Below, one piece after another: positions 44,270 to 53,198 of a stretch of DNA of 53,198 nucleotides (the first letter of the stretch is position 1; the number at the start of each line of letters is the position of its first letter). The position numbers and the translations under genes are program-made. Location: positions 1-53,198 of IMG/VR virus record IMGVR_UViG_3300027734_000099; one strand, written 5' to 3'. Origin of the DNA: a virus (Duplodnaviria > Caudoviricetes). Below the pieces are notes generated by a model. That model was not told where the DNA came from. It saw only the letters and a list, made by a program, of their open reading frames with translations, and did not search any database.

Positions 44270-45308
44270 CTAAAGCCAATATAGGTTGGGCTTTAATTGT
44301 GCTAAGAACAGCTTTACTGAGTTCTTCACGTAGCTCAATTTCTTCTCTAAGAGAATCAATAAGAGCCTGTGCTCCTTGCCACTTACGATCACCGTAGTAC
44401 ATCCAACCACCACGACGTTCTACAATGTTGTTAAGAATAGATAGGGCAACAATTTCTTTACCGGTGTCATAACCACCAGCATCAATTGCACCGCCTTCTG
44501 CAAAGTAAAAGTCTAGATAAGCTGTTTGCTGAGGTGGGAAAGTCTTGTTCTTAATAGTACGAACACGAATAGTTTGACCTACGCGTCGTTTACTTTCTCC
44601 GGTACCAACCTCAACCCAATCGTCACGTTTAACTTCACATCGTACGCTGTACGCATAGTCTTTACCTAAACCACCAGGAGTAGTTCTAGGGTCTCCATGC
44701 ATAACGCCAATCTTCATACGATACTGGTTGATCATAATTCCTAATACTGGTCGTTCGGATTCGATGAGGTCTCGTTTGGTAGCTGACGCCACTTTTCTAA
44801 AGAACTTATTGGTAATAAGTGCGCCACGACCCACAGTAAATTCTTCCATATGCTTTTCATCTTCTGCGCCAGGAACAAGGGCTGGAAGGGAATCCACAAC
44901 AACCATGTCAACAGCCTTGCTTTCCATAAACTGAATAACCGAATCAAAAGCATCCTCCATACTATTAGTTTCTACAAGTAGTACACGACTGTTATCTACA
45001 CCGCATAATTCAGCGTATTTTGAATCAAAATCTTCAGCAGCAATCCATACAGCTGTAAAGTCAGGGTTAATCTGTTGATTAGCTGCAATAGTTCTTAAAG
45101 CAATTGCAGTTTTTCCGTGTGAAGCTTCTCCCACTAATTCAACCCAACGATTCATAGGCCAACCCCCACCTAGAACAACATCAAGTGTAAGAGAACCAGA
45201 AGTAATGCGTTGTGATAGTCGAGCTTCCCCAGCTAGAACAACAGTGTTTGCTCCAAGCTTCTTATTGATGCCTGCTGCAATCTTTAGTGCCTCTGCGTTT
45301 AGTGCCAT
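44259..45308 (-). CDS. recA: RecA-like recombinase
   Basis: GS..LD..LGGGWP, GEASHGKT, VVVDS, INQ.R.KIGV..G.P.TTPGG. Confidence 0.92.
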   Translation of the reverse strand: MALNAEALKIAAGINKKLGANTVVLAGEARLSQRITSGSLTLDVVLGGGWPMNRWVELVGEASHGKTAIALRTIAANQQINPDFTAVWIAAEDFDSKYAELCGVDNSRVLLVETNSMEDAFDSVIQFMESKAVDMVVVDSLPALVPGAEDEKHMEEFTVGRGALITNKFFRKVASATKRDLIESERPVLGIMINQYRMKIGVMHGDPRTTPGGLGKDYAYSVRCEVKRDDWVEVGTGESKRRVGQTIRVRTIKNKTFPPQQTAYLDFYFAEGGAIDAGGYDTGKEIVALSILNNIVERRGGWMYYGDRKWQGAQALIDSLREEIELREELSKAVLSTIKAQPILALDEE

Positions 45309-45700
45309 TATTCAAGTCTCCCTACGATTGTTGTTGGATTAAATCCACCGCTTTGATTTGGTTGCTTAGCAGCAATTGTTGGACCACTGCTAGCAGAACC
45401 TGTACCGCCTGCTCCAGTACCAGACTGGACAATTGGATACCCGCAATCATAACAACGTTTGCGCTGAGTGCCAACTGGTGCCATATAGTTGCCGGACATA
45501 CATCCAGGACAACGTTCGGTATCTCTAGCACTTTGTGCCCTAGAAACTAACTGGTCTTGTTGCTGATCATAAGAGACCTGCACATTAGGAGTCTGTTGCG
45601 GTGGTCGATAAACATTTGGTTGATAAGGGGTTGTTGGTGGGGTATCCGGCATAGGACCGTTGTTTCCTAATTTTTTTGCCCACCAATTGTTATTACTCAT
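45308..45700 (-). CDS. Zn-ribbon hypothetical protein
   Basis: CPGC...CYDCG. Confidence 0.7.
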   Translation of the reverse strand: MSNNNWWAKKLGNNGPMPDTPPTTPYQPNVYRPPQQTPNVQVSYDQQQDQLVSRAQSARDTERCPGCMSGNYMAPVGTQRKRCYDCGYPIVQSGTGAGGTGSASSGPTIAAKQPNQSGGFNPTTIVGRLE

Positions 45701-46115
45701 TGTCTATACCTACCTTTGATTCAATTAATCCAATATTTGATAGCGTTGATACGCAAGATACTGAAGAAGCCAAAGCAACCATTCTAAACAATTGATTTAT
45801 ATGGTCTAGCCCCTCTAATGGAATTTCTTGTTCATCTTTATCAGCGTCTAACATATACGCAGACGTAGCTACCTGGGCAAGAATGTCAGCATGAGCATCT
45901 ATAAAAGGTAAAAGAGCAGAAATATTACTTAAACGCTTTTGATGAGCATCTTCTTCCATCTCAGCTACTTCATCTGAAATTGGTGGAAGACCCATCATCT
46001 CAGCAATACCCTCTGTTGGTGTAAGCATTGCATCATAAACAATCTGTCGCATTAAAACGCTAAGGGGTACCTGAGTAACTGTAATCTTGCTTTTATTACG
46101 CTTCCAGAAACTCAT
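45693..46115 (-). CDS. Hypothetical protein
   Basis: 140 aa. Confidence 0.7.
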   Translation of the reverse strand: MSFWKRNKSKITVTQVPLSVLMRQIVYDAMLTPTEGIAEMMGLPPISDEVAEMEEDAHQKRLSNISALLPFIDAHADILAQVATSAYMLDADKDEQEIPLEGLDHINQLFRMVALASSVSCVSTLSNIGLIESKVGIDNE

Positions 46116-48088
46116 TTAGCTTCTCCCCACCGTTTAACAATTGTAATGTCTGCAAGCATTGGTACCTGCAAAGCTTTAATTTCTTCCATAGCTTTACGAA
46201 TCTGTTCGGCTGTTTCTTCTGCAATTTCAGTAGGAGTAACAGTTACTAACTCATCGTGCACAGTTAGGATCAGAGACGCCTCTTCTGGAATCATCTTGTT
46301 AGCCCTAATCATAGCAAGCTTAATGAGGTCTGCTGCCGACCCCTGGATTACCGTGTTAAAGGCCTGACGCTCTGCTCTAGACCGTTTCCAGACCTCATTA
46401 GACCTAAGGTCGGGTAGATAACGTCTACGCTTTAAAAGGGTGCTGACATAAGGAATTGGTGCTTGCCTACGGCTATCAGCAATAACTTGTTTCTTGTACC
46501 TAGCAACTGATGGAAACTTCCTAATAAACTCATCAAGTAAGTCCCTAGCCTCTGCCAAAGAACAACCAATTGAGTCGGAAATCTTGTCTGGACCTACACC
46601 ATAAGCAAGAGATAGAACTAATACCTTACCCGCTTTGCGGTCTACGCCCATTGTGTTACCAATAGTTGTATAAATATCTTCTCCGTTTAAGTAGGCACCG
46701 CACATAATTCGATCTTGGCTAAAGGATGCAATAACACGTGGTTCAATCTGACTGTAGTCAGCAACAACTAAAGAGTAACCCTCTGGAGCTACAAATAAAT
46801 TGCGGATTGCTTTGCCGTTTACTGTGTGGGGGGCAGGTACGTTTTGAAGGTTAGGGTTACGACTAGAAAAACGACCGGTCTCAGCACCGTACTGTACAAA
46901 GTCCGTGTGGATTCGGCCTTTAAACATAATACTTTTCTTAGAGGTAACTTTAGATTTACCTGCAAGAGTTCTAGTTATATCCCCACCCATGTACGGGATT
47001 ACGTAAGTTGTTAAAAGCTTATTAAGATCAGAATACTCAATTAATGCATCAACTAAAAGATCTTTTCCTGCAAAAGCCTGCAGCGCAGGTTCTGATACAG
47101 AGTAATCTGCTACTGAAGAAGGCTGGCCTTCTTCCGCACGTTTTTGTCCAGCAGGGGTCAAAACTTTAGGCCGTAAACCTCTACCCCCGTCTTTCTTAGA
47201 CGAGTAAAGAAGTTTTTGTTTTTCTGGAACACTATTAATGTTAATAGCTTTTCCAGCAAGACGATAGATATTTGCTTTACAGGTTTCTAGCTGTACCTCA
47301 AGGTTTGCTTTAAGTTTACTTAGCTCAGTAACATCAATATCTGCGCCACGAAGTTCCATGCGACAGATAACTTCAAGAACGTCCATCTCTAAATTAAAAA
47401 TGCCAGACAAACCATCTGTAAGAAGGTTTGATTGATACTTTAAATACAGCTTCCAAGTCCACTCTGCGTCAAGAGCGGCGTAGGTAGCTACTTCTTCAAA
47501 GGAATACTTCTCTACTTCTTTACCCACACCCTTAACCATGTGGTACCCAAACTCACGCTTTAGACAGTCATCAAGACCTAGATCATTACGGTTTTGATTG
47601 TCTAAGATAAACGCAGCATTTAGCGTACAAAAATACTTAGGTGATGGGAGCTTTCCTACGTACTTAGTAACGCTTTGCAAATCAAACTTAAGGTTATGCC
47701 CAATCTTTACCTTATCTCCATTAAGTAAAGGTTTAAGGGCTTTAAACACTTCTCCAGCAGTTAGTTGCTCAGGTGCTGGACCAAATACCTTTGTTGCTTT
47801 GCGCTCATCTTTACTATAGTCAGAGTCTCGTAGTTCCATGCCTTTTGCAACACGCGCCACTGCAGAAGGTAGCAGCGGATAGTCTGTACGAAGATACTCA
47901 CCATTTGGGTGGCCCATAGGAATCACATCGACTCGACCATGAGTTGCTAAAGCAATCCAAGTAACAGTGTTTTGACGTGGGTCTCCGCGATGGTCTCCAA
48001 CAGTTTCTACGTCAAAACAAAACGCGTCTACTTTATCGTAGGCGTTAACTAATTTTTTAAGTTGTTTTTCGGTTGTAACAATATTCAT
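46112..48088 (-). CDS. polA: Family A DNA polymerase with 3'-5' exonuclease
   Basis: FDVET, HNLKFD, YAALDA; TGRFSS.NPNLQN, DYSQIE.R, QGSAAD, VHDE. Confidence 0.93.
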   Translation of the reverse strand: MNIVTTEKQLKKLVNAYDKVDAFCFDVETVGDHRGDPRQNTVTWIALATHGRVDVIPMGHPNGEYLRTDYPLLPSAVARVAKGMELRDSDYSKDERKATKVFGPAPEQLTAGEVFKALKPLLNGDKVKIGHNLKFDLQSVTKYVGKLPSPKYFCTLNAAFILDNQNRNDLGLDDCLKREFGYHMVKGVGKEVEKYSFEEVATYAALDAEWTWKLYLKYQSNLLTDGLSGIFNLEMDVLEVICRMELRGADIDVTELSKLKANLEVQLETCKANIYRLAGKAININSVPEKQKLLYSSKKDGGRGLRPKVLTPAGQKRAEEGQPSSVADYSVSEPALQAFAGKDLLVDALIEYSDLNKLLTTYVIPYMGGDITRTLAGKSKVTSKKSIMFKGRIHTDFVQYGAETGRFSSRNPNLQNVPAPHTVNGKAIRNLFVAPEGYSLVVADYSQIEPRVIASFSQDRIMCGAYLNGEDIYTTIGNTMGVDRKAGKVLVLSLAYGVGPDKISDSIGCSLAEARDLLDEFIRKFPSVARYKKQVIADSRRQAPIPYVSTLLKRRRYLPDLRSNEVWKRSRAERQAFNTVIQGSAADLIKLAMIRANKMIPEEASLILTVHDELVTVTPTEIAEETAEQIRKAMEEIKALQVPMLADITIVKRWGEAK

Positions 48089-48108
48089 AACGCTCCCTTG
48101 TTAGGTGC

Positions 48109-48154
48109 GCTGAGGGCTCATCAGAGAAAGGAGACAAGAGAATGAGCCCTCAGC
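48109..48154 (-). promoter_or_regulatory. 13-bp hairpin with anti-SD loop upstream of polA
   Basis: GCTGAGGGCTCAT/ATGAGCCCTCAGC; sense-strand loop contains CUCCUUUCU. Confidence 0.5.
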
Positions 48155-48168
48155 ACTATTAGTTGAGG

Positions 48169-48870
48169 TTAGTTAGCTGATGCAATTTCACGAGCAATCT
48201 CAGCAAGTTCAGCCTTGGTAGATGTGTGAAGTGCATCTGGTCCAAGTGGCTTCATTGTTTTAATTAGCTCTGAGGCTGCAACAGGGTCAATACCCCAATC
48301 CTCAGCAAGGTCACGCTCTTTTACAGGAGTAATTGAGTATGATGTTTTTGTACCGGCGCCTGTTTTGCTTACAGCCCAGTAGATGTCAGGACGACTAAGT
48401 GGGCCAGTCTTCTTATCAGAATCAAGCTTCTCAAGTTGTCCACATAGACGAACACCAACAATCATTAACTGAAGTTGTGGGTCTTCGTCAGATAGATTAA
48501 GAACAGTAAACGCAAATTTTTGATCTGGCTTACTTCCGACAGCAACTAGCGGGTCACCCTCACCAATGCTTATAAATGACTTCTTTCCAGGACGGTTAAC
48601 CCAGTGCTGCATAAAGCTCATTGGCTCATTACCAATAAACTTAATTAGCTGGACGTCTTCGTCAAATCGGAAGTCGGTTGCGAATGTTTTGTTGGACTTT
48701 GCTACAGCCTTCTTAGCTGCTGCCCAACCGGTTTGAATTACTGAAGAACGCTCAGGAACTTCAGTCTCATCTTCGGCTGCAAAGATTTCTTCAAGATTCT
48801 CTGCAGTAGGTGTCTCGACTACATAAGAGTCGACGTTAGGTGTTTCGTTGTTTTCAATGCGGATACCCAT
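48169..48870 (-). CDS. Putative ssDNA-binding protein
   Basis: QHW, KTG.G.KTSY motifs; position next to polA. Confidence 0.55.
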   Translation of the reverse strand: MGIRIENNETPNVDSYVVETPTAENLEEIFAAEDETEVPERSSVIQTGWAAAKKAVAKSNKTFATDFRFDEDVQLIKFIGNEPMSFMQHWVNRPGKKSFISIGEGDPLVAVGSKPDQKFAFTVLNLSDEDPQLQLMIVGVRLCGQLEKLDSDKKTGPLSRPDIYWAVSKTGAGTKTSYSITPVKERDLAEDWGIDPVAASELIKTMKPLGPDALHTSTKAELAEIAREIASAN

Positions 48871-48916
48871 TTGGATATTCCTTTCATAGTCAATGGATCA
48901 ATGGATCATGGTCATA

Positions 48917-49381
48917 TTAAGTTGTTTCTTGAGAGTGAATCTTAGTCCACTTTTCCATCAATTCAATTGATAGATCAGGATGTCGATTCCAGTCAATCCT
49001 AGGGGCTTCAAGAAGTCCCCGAGACTGAAAACTCTCGATAGTTGCTTCGACAATTGCTTTGCTGTACATCCGCCATCCGGGCTTCTTTACACCATTAACA
49101 ATCATTGACTTTAAGCGATAGGGTGCACGCGGTATATAACCTTTTCGTTCCCAAAGCCTCAAAGTAACTAACGGTCTGCCTAACGCAAGAGCCATAGCTC
49201 CTGCGCTAAACAATTCTAGCACCTTTCCGTTTGGTAATGCTTTGACTTGTGGGTCAGCATTCCAAGCGGTTGGTGTAGAAACTGTACGTGGTTTTGCATT
49301 TGGATCTGGTTCACGACGTTTGCGTTTAGAGCCAGGGTAGTAATCATCCAGGCTCTTAAACAACTTGTCAACTTCATCCAT
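48917..49381 (-). CDS. MerR-like HTH DNA-binding protein
   Basis: A.ALGR..VTLRLWERKGYIP...R.Y. Confidence 0.75.
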   Translation of the reverse strand: MDEVDKLFKSLDDYYPGSKRKRREPDPNAKPRTVSTPTAWNADPQVKALPNGKVLELFSAGAMALALGRPLVTLRLWERKGYIPRAPYRLKSMIVNGVKKPGWRMYSKAIVEATIESFQSRGLLEAPRIDWNRHPDLSIELMEKWTKIHSQETT

Positions 49382-50084
49382 AGTTTTTTTTTGTCCAAAA
49401 ATTCTTTTTATAGGACCGATAAATAGTTTGAGCAAACTTATTGTACCTAAGTATAGAGTCTTTTTTAGAAAACTCAAGTTGCTTTCTAGACCAGCTGTCT
49501 CGTTTGATTGGAATTATTTGAACTATTGGAGTTCCTTTTTCAATAATTCCTTCAAAGCCTTTTCTTATATAAAAAGGAAAATCAACTGACATTGGGTGGG
49601 AATCAGCGTCTACTATCCCACTCAGGGTTTGAAAAGGAAGATCCATCCTATTTAAAGGATGAGTAAACAGAAGGCTGTAACCAGGAGGCGTTTCAATTAC
49701 AACATTGTTTAAAAATTTATACGCCACATTTACATAGTCTTCTGAAACAGGAAACCCTTGAGTTTGAACGGTTGGGTGGTTAGCCACCATCTCTTCTTCT
49801 ACGCGCCACTTAAACTCTGGATAGCCGTGAATGTTATTGGAAACCTCAACATCCGCAGATAAAGTAAGCATGTACCCTGCAGAAAAAGAATCAAGAACAG
49901 GCTGACACCATTTCATAGTTGCCATAGAACCCTTGCTAGCCATGTCTAAAGTAACTTTGTCGTGACCAGGCAGCATGTGCCTCATATCTTTAAACCATTT
50001 TGGTATGCTAGAAATTGCAGGGGTTGGAAACGGCTCAGTAACACTGGATACAAGTGTTTGAGGTATAAGTTTTAGTGTTTTCAC
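49374..50084 (-). CDS. dUTPase-fold/DUF6065-like protein (paralog of 10563-11267)
   Basis: Shared motifs with 10563-11267. Confidence 0.7.
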   Translation of the reverse strand: MKTLKLIPQTLVSSVTEPFPTPAISSIPKWFKDMRHMLPGHDKVTLDMASKGSMATMKWCQPVLDSFSAGYMLTLSADVEVSNNIHGYPEFKWRVEEEMVANHPTVQTQGFPVSEDYVNVAYKFLNNVVIETPPGYSLLFTHPLNRMDLPFQTLSGIVDADSHPMSVDFPFYIRKGFEGIIEKGTPIVQIIPIKRDSWSRKQLEFSKKDSILRYNKFAQTIYRSYKKNFWTKKNYG

Positions 50085-50092
50085 GTTTTTCC

Positions 50093-50527
50093 TTAAGATT
50101 TAGAAGGAATAAAAGCCCAAGTAATTTTCTTAGGGAACATCGTATCGATATCCTCTTCAGTTAATTTACCTTCGTATAGACAAGACATTACCTCGTCTTC
50201 GTTAAGCACTGGCTGCATAGAGTAGCAGCGGTCTGCTAAACCTTTTTCTTTAAGAATTTTAGCTGCTTGATCTACATCAAGTGTTTGAGAAACTTTGCGT
50301 TGACGTTGCAAAGATCGATACCCATCTACCTCTTGTTCTAGTGGATACCATAGATGACCTTTGTCATCTGGCTCTCCCTCTGCATCTACAAGATCAGAAA
50401 GAAATGTTTTTAATTGTGATTGTTCTTTAGTTAAATCGTCAACTTGACGCTTAATAGCAATAAACTGTTGAACTTTACTTAGTACTGAACTTACCGGTTT
50501 TTTGTCCGGTGGGATGATATTTGGCAT
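50093..50527 (-). CDS. Hypothetical protein
   Basis: 144 aa; AAAGGAGG SD; upstream TTGCAC-N18-TAGGAT promoter-like site. Confidence 0.75.
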   Translation of the reverse strand: MPNIIPPDKKPVSSVLSKVQQFIAIKRQVDDLTKEQSQLKTFLSDLVDAEGEPDDKGHLWYPLEQEVDGYRSLQRQRKVSQTLDVDQAAKILKEKGLADRCYSMQPVLNEDEVMSCLYEGKLTEEDIDTMFPKKITWAFIPSKS

Positions 50528-50576
50528 GTTGCCTCCTTTAAAAACATCCTATACCACCCCACCGACAAAGTGCAAG

Positions 50577-51068
50577 TTACTTGATGGTAATAGTTTTAGG
50601 CTTCTTTTCCTCAGGAAATTCTTGCTTCAAAGTAATTCGAAGCAGACCGTCCTTGAGCTCAGCGCCCTTTACAACTACGTACTCAGCTAAAGCAAAATTC
50701 TGTGAGAATTCCCGACCTGCAATGCCTTTATGAACATAGTTAGTTTCAGCGTCTGAAAGCTTGCCTTCTACGGTCAGCGTAAGTTCTTTGACCGTAATTG
50801 TGATGTCTTTCTTTGAGAAACCAGCAACCGCTAACTCTAAAACATGCTCATCCCCATTTTTAAGAACGTTATATGGAGGATATGTAGAGGTTTTTGCTTC
50901 TAACGCAAGTTCCTTGAGAGTTTCAAACATTGGATCAAAGCCAATTGCCCATCGATTAATGTTTGGAAATAAGCTGTTTATTGTTAATGGGGCTGGAAGT
51001 TGTGCTGGCTTTTTAATGTGCCAGTCGTGATCTGGGTAGCCTTTTCCAGGCATAGGCAGAATAGCCAT
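50577..51068 (-). CDS. Small heat-shock protein (Hsp20/IbpA-like)
   Basis: IGFD, YPPYN, ELAVAGF, HKGIA.R.F...F.LAE, A.LKDGLL. Confidence 0.92.
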   Translation of the reverse strand: MAILPMPGKGYPDHDWHIKKPAQLPAPLTINSLFPNINRWAIGFDPMFETLKELALEAKTSTYPPYNVLKNGDEHVLELAVAGFSKKDITITVKELTLTVEGKLSDAETNYVHKGIAGREFSQNFALAEYVVVKGAELKDGLLRITLKQEFPEEKKPKTITIK

Positions 51069-51148
51069 AATTATCTCCTTAGACGATAACTAGTAATAGA
51101 CCCCCCATTGTGGGCAGGTCTTAAGGTGTAACAATAGTACCACGGGGT

Positions 51149-51292
51149 TTATTCCGCAATATACTTTTTTAATGCCTCAACGATCACGTCGGTCACTGTG
51201 CGGCCCTCGATGGCGGCCTTGTCTTTTACAGCAGCCCAAAGGTCGCTGGCTACACGAATAGTCCGTGTTGGTGTCTTAGGTGCGTTAGGCAT
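51149..51292 (-). CDS. Ribbon-helix-helix DNA-binding protein (47 aa; not in ORF track)
   Basis: TPTRTIRVASDLWAAVKDKAAIEGRTVTDVIVEALKKYI. Confidence 0.75.
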   Translation of the reverse strand: MPNAPKTPTRTIRVASDLWAAVKDKAAIEGRTVTDVIVEALKKYIAE

Positions 51293-51301
51293 TGAATAAG
51301 T

Positions 51302-52864
51302 CTAAACCGTGATGTTCTGTAGGAAAGCCTTAAGTGAGCCTGCAGTTAAAGCTACCCCGCCTTTGTCGTCAATGCCTTCCCCGTCTACTACAGCGTTAGC
51401 AATTGCTATTTTTTGCTGCAACATAGTGTGTTGACGCTCTTCAATAGAGCCTTCCATTAAAAAGTCTTGGATTACTATGGTCGACCAGGTAGATGACGCC
51501 CTACGAATTCTACCGTTGCGTTGTACAGCGAGGCCAGCATTCCACGGCAAGTCGTAATTGATGAGAAGATTAGCTTGAGGCAAATCCACACCATACCCAC
51601 CGGCATCAGAACTAACAAGTATGCGAATACTGGGATCAGTTTGAAAACTAACTTTAGATTCTTCTTTAGCCTTAGCATTCATTTCTCCTGTGTAAGGGGT
51701 ACTACCCCAGCTTGAGAGTAAGGTATCTCTAATAATATCTACCATATGAACGTAACTGGTAAATATAACAACTTTGTTGCCTTCATACTCTCCTAAAAAG
51801 TTATCAACATACTCTTTTAATGCAGAAAGTTTAGGAGACTTAGTTACTTTATCTAAACGGCCGGTTTCTTTTAGGTCAGCTACATACCCAGAAGATTCTA
51901 CTGAAAACTGAAGTAACTCTGGATGATCGCAAAGCATTCTCAATGACGTTAGTTTAGACATAATTTTTCCTCGTAATGCGTCTGCGCCCTCAAAAGAATT
52001 TGCCTGACCATAATGAGAGAAAATATCAAAGCTAGACCCGTAAGAATCCATAGCTTCATCAAGATCCGTTAAAATCTCATTAGCAATACTCTTATAAAGC
52101 TTAGATCCCGCAGAATCAAATTGAATTAAAATAGGCTCAGCAAATATTGTTTCAGGAAGATAAGGGGCTACATCTGGGTCTGACTGACGTTTACGAACAC
52201 ATGCTGCAGATAAGGTTTTATTTAATAGGGGTAAGTTTCTGTATCTGTCTACGCCACCAAACCTATTTCGTACAATAAACGTTTGATCAAACAAATCAAA
52301 TCTTCCAAGAAGACTATTGTCTACAAACTGCATAATTGAGTAGAGCTCTTCTGGTTTTCCGTTCTCTACCGGTGTACCAGTAAGAGCAAATTTATAATCG
52401 CTCTTTAATTTTTTTACGTACTTGGAGCGTTTGGATCTAAAACTTTTGATTGCGGTTGCTTCGTCGCAGATAATGAATCCTGTAGGGAGCTGTCGTACAT
52501 ACTCCCAGTCATTAACAACTTGCTCGTAGTTAATAATGACGTAATCAACAAGTGTATGCCCCCAGTCGAAGGCTTGCTGGTATTGTTCGATACGCTGTTT
52601 CGGCGTTCCATCAATAACCAAAGGTGTTGAAGAGTCATCGGTAAACTTCCTAATCTGATCTGCCCACTGGTATTTGAGGCTAGATAGACAGATAACTATA
52701 CCTGGCTCCATTATCTTCTGTTCGTCCATAAGACGTTCGATAGCTGCAATTGTAAGCACTGTCTTACCAAGGCCAAGATCATAGGCAACAAGCATCTTGC
52801 CGCGTTCGCACATAGCATCTACAGCTTCCGGTTGATATGGAAGCAAGGTGCCAGTAAACGTCAT
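51302..52864 (-). CDS. SNF2-like superfamily 2 helicase
   Basis: DLGLGKT, DEAT, LTGTP.EN, G.G.DL..A, QR.GRI.R. Confidence 0.9.
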   Translation of the reverse strand: MTFTGTLLPYQPEAVDAMCERGKMLVAYDLGLGKTVLTIAAIERLMDEQKIMEPGIVICLSSLKYQWADQIRKFTDDSSTPLVIDGTPKQRIEQYQQAFDWGHTLVDYVIINYEQVVNDWEYVRQLPTGFIICDEATAIKSFRSKRSKYVKKLKSDYKFALTGTPVENGKPEELYSIMQFVDNSLLGRFDLFDQTFIVRNRFGGVDRYRNLPLLNKTLSAACVRKRQSDPDVAPYLPETIFAEPILIQFDSAGSKLYKSIANEILTDLDEAMDSYGSSFDIFSHYGQANSFEGADALRGKIMSKLTSLRMLCDHPELLQFSVESSGYVADLKETGRLDKVTKSPKLSALKEYVDNFLGEYEGNKVVIFTSYVHMVDIIRDTLLSSWGSTPYTGEMNAKAKEESKVSFQTDPSIRILVSSDAGGYGVDLPQANLLINYDLPWNAGLAVQRNGRIRRASSTWSTIVIQDFLMEGSIEERQHTMLQQKIAIANAVVDGEGIDDKGGVALTAGSLKAFLQNITV

Positions 52865-52866
52865 TA

Positions 52867-53046
52867 TTACTCCCCTACTTTCCTAACGGTCACAGGGCCG
52901 CACATAGAAGCGTAGTACTCATCTTCTCGTTTACGAACAGCCTCTTTGCGCCTCTTATATCCCCGAGTGTACTCCATGGCACCACCCATAGAGCCGCCGA
53001 TGCTTTTTCCTTTAGTTACTGCAATTTTACTTCCCTTTTTAGCCAT
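52867..53046 (-). CDS. Small basic protein
   Basis: GGAGAGGA SD before ATG 53046. Confidence 0.6.
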   Translation of the reverse strand: MAKKGSKIAVTKGKSIGGSMGGAMEYTRGYKRRKEAVRKREDEYYASMCGPVTVRKVGE

Positions 53047-53198
53047 AGATCGCATCCTCTCCAAAAACAAAATGCTTTGCTTTTGCAATGCCGTACTCAA
53101 TCTGTTCTTTACTCATGTCACCAATATCTTTTAATCCGCTGTCGCCGTAGTTAAAGAACCAACACTCCATGCCTGACTCTTTACATTTAGCAAACATT
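53039..53198 (-). CDS. Probable primase (TOPRIM) C-terminus, partial
   Basis: ...LKDIGDMSKEQI... resembles the primase KD..D motif; upstream of helicase. Confidence 0.5.
   Translation of the reverse strand, partial: MFAKCKESGMECWFFNYGDSGLKDIGDMSKEQIEYGIAKAKHFVFGEDAIYG

Noticed and set aside
23956-48088. Inteins or introns in RNR, RecA or PolA
   Set aside because: Lengths are normal, reading frames continuous, no intein splice motifs seen
1-53198. Stop-codon reassignment
   Set aside because: Long conserved genes are intact under the standard bacterial code and all three stops are used

Overview
53-kb segment of a large tailed dsDNA phage. The host is most likely an actinobacterium (WhiB, DUF4192-like genes, AGAAAGGAG/AGAAGGG-type SD sites). 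A low-GC freshwater lineage is a guess from base composition. Layout: (1) 1-11.3 kb, mostly minus strand: portal 5' end, terminase large subunit, lytic transglycosylase, HNH, PASTA-containing virion-like protein, Ntn/proteasome-beta-like peptidase. (2) 11.3-23.76 kb, an all-plus-strand block that looks like a pre-early/terminal-repeat region. It starts with GGACA repeats and holds small orphans, two DUF4192-like genes, a MoxR-type AAA+ ATPase with a vWA/HExxH partner, DUF1281-like and HicA-like genes, and several long intergenic spacers that fold into elaborate RNA structures (27-bp closing stem, kissing loops, pseudoknots, a tRNA T-loop, an anti-SD loop). (3) 23.8-34.4 kb, minus strand: class II RNR, a degenerate TGT-like/HAD-like/nucleotidyltransferase module, many small basic proteins, holin. 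(4) 34.5-38.2 kb, plus strand: giant secreted Pro/Thr-rich protein, membrane proteins, CHAP lysin. (5) 38.1-53.2 kb, minus strand: replication/recombination genes (metallophosphoesterase, SpoVS, resolvases, dNMP kinase, Cas4-like nuclease, WhiB, RecA, PolA, SSB, Hsp20, SNF2 helicase, primase end). No complete tRNA, CRISPR array or integrase was seen. The best candidate for an undescribed system is the set of structured non-coding RNAs in the early block. All family calls come from motif recognition by eye and all RNA folds were paired by hand; no database search was run.
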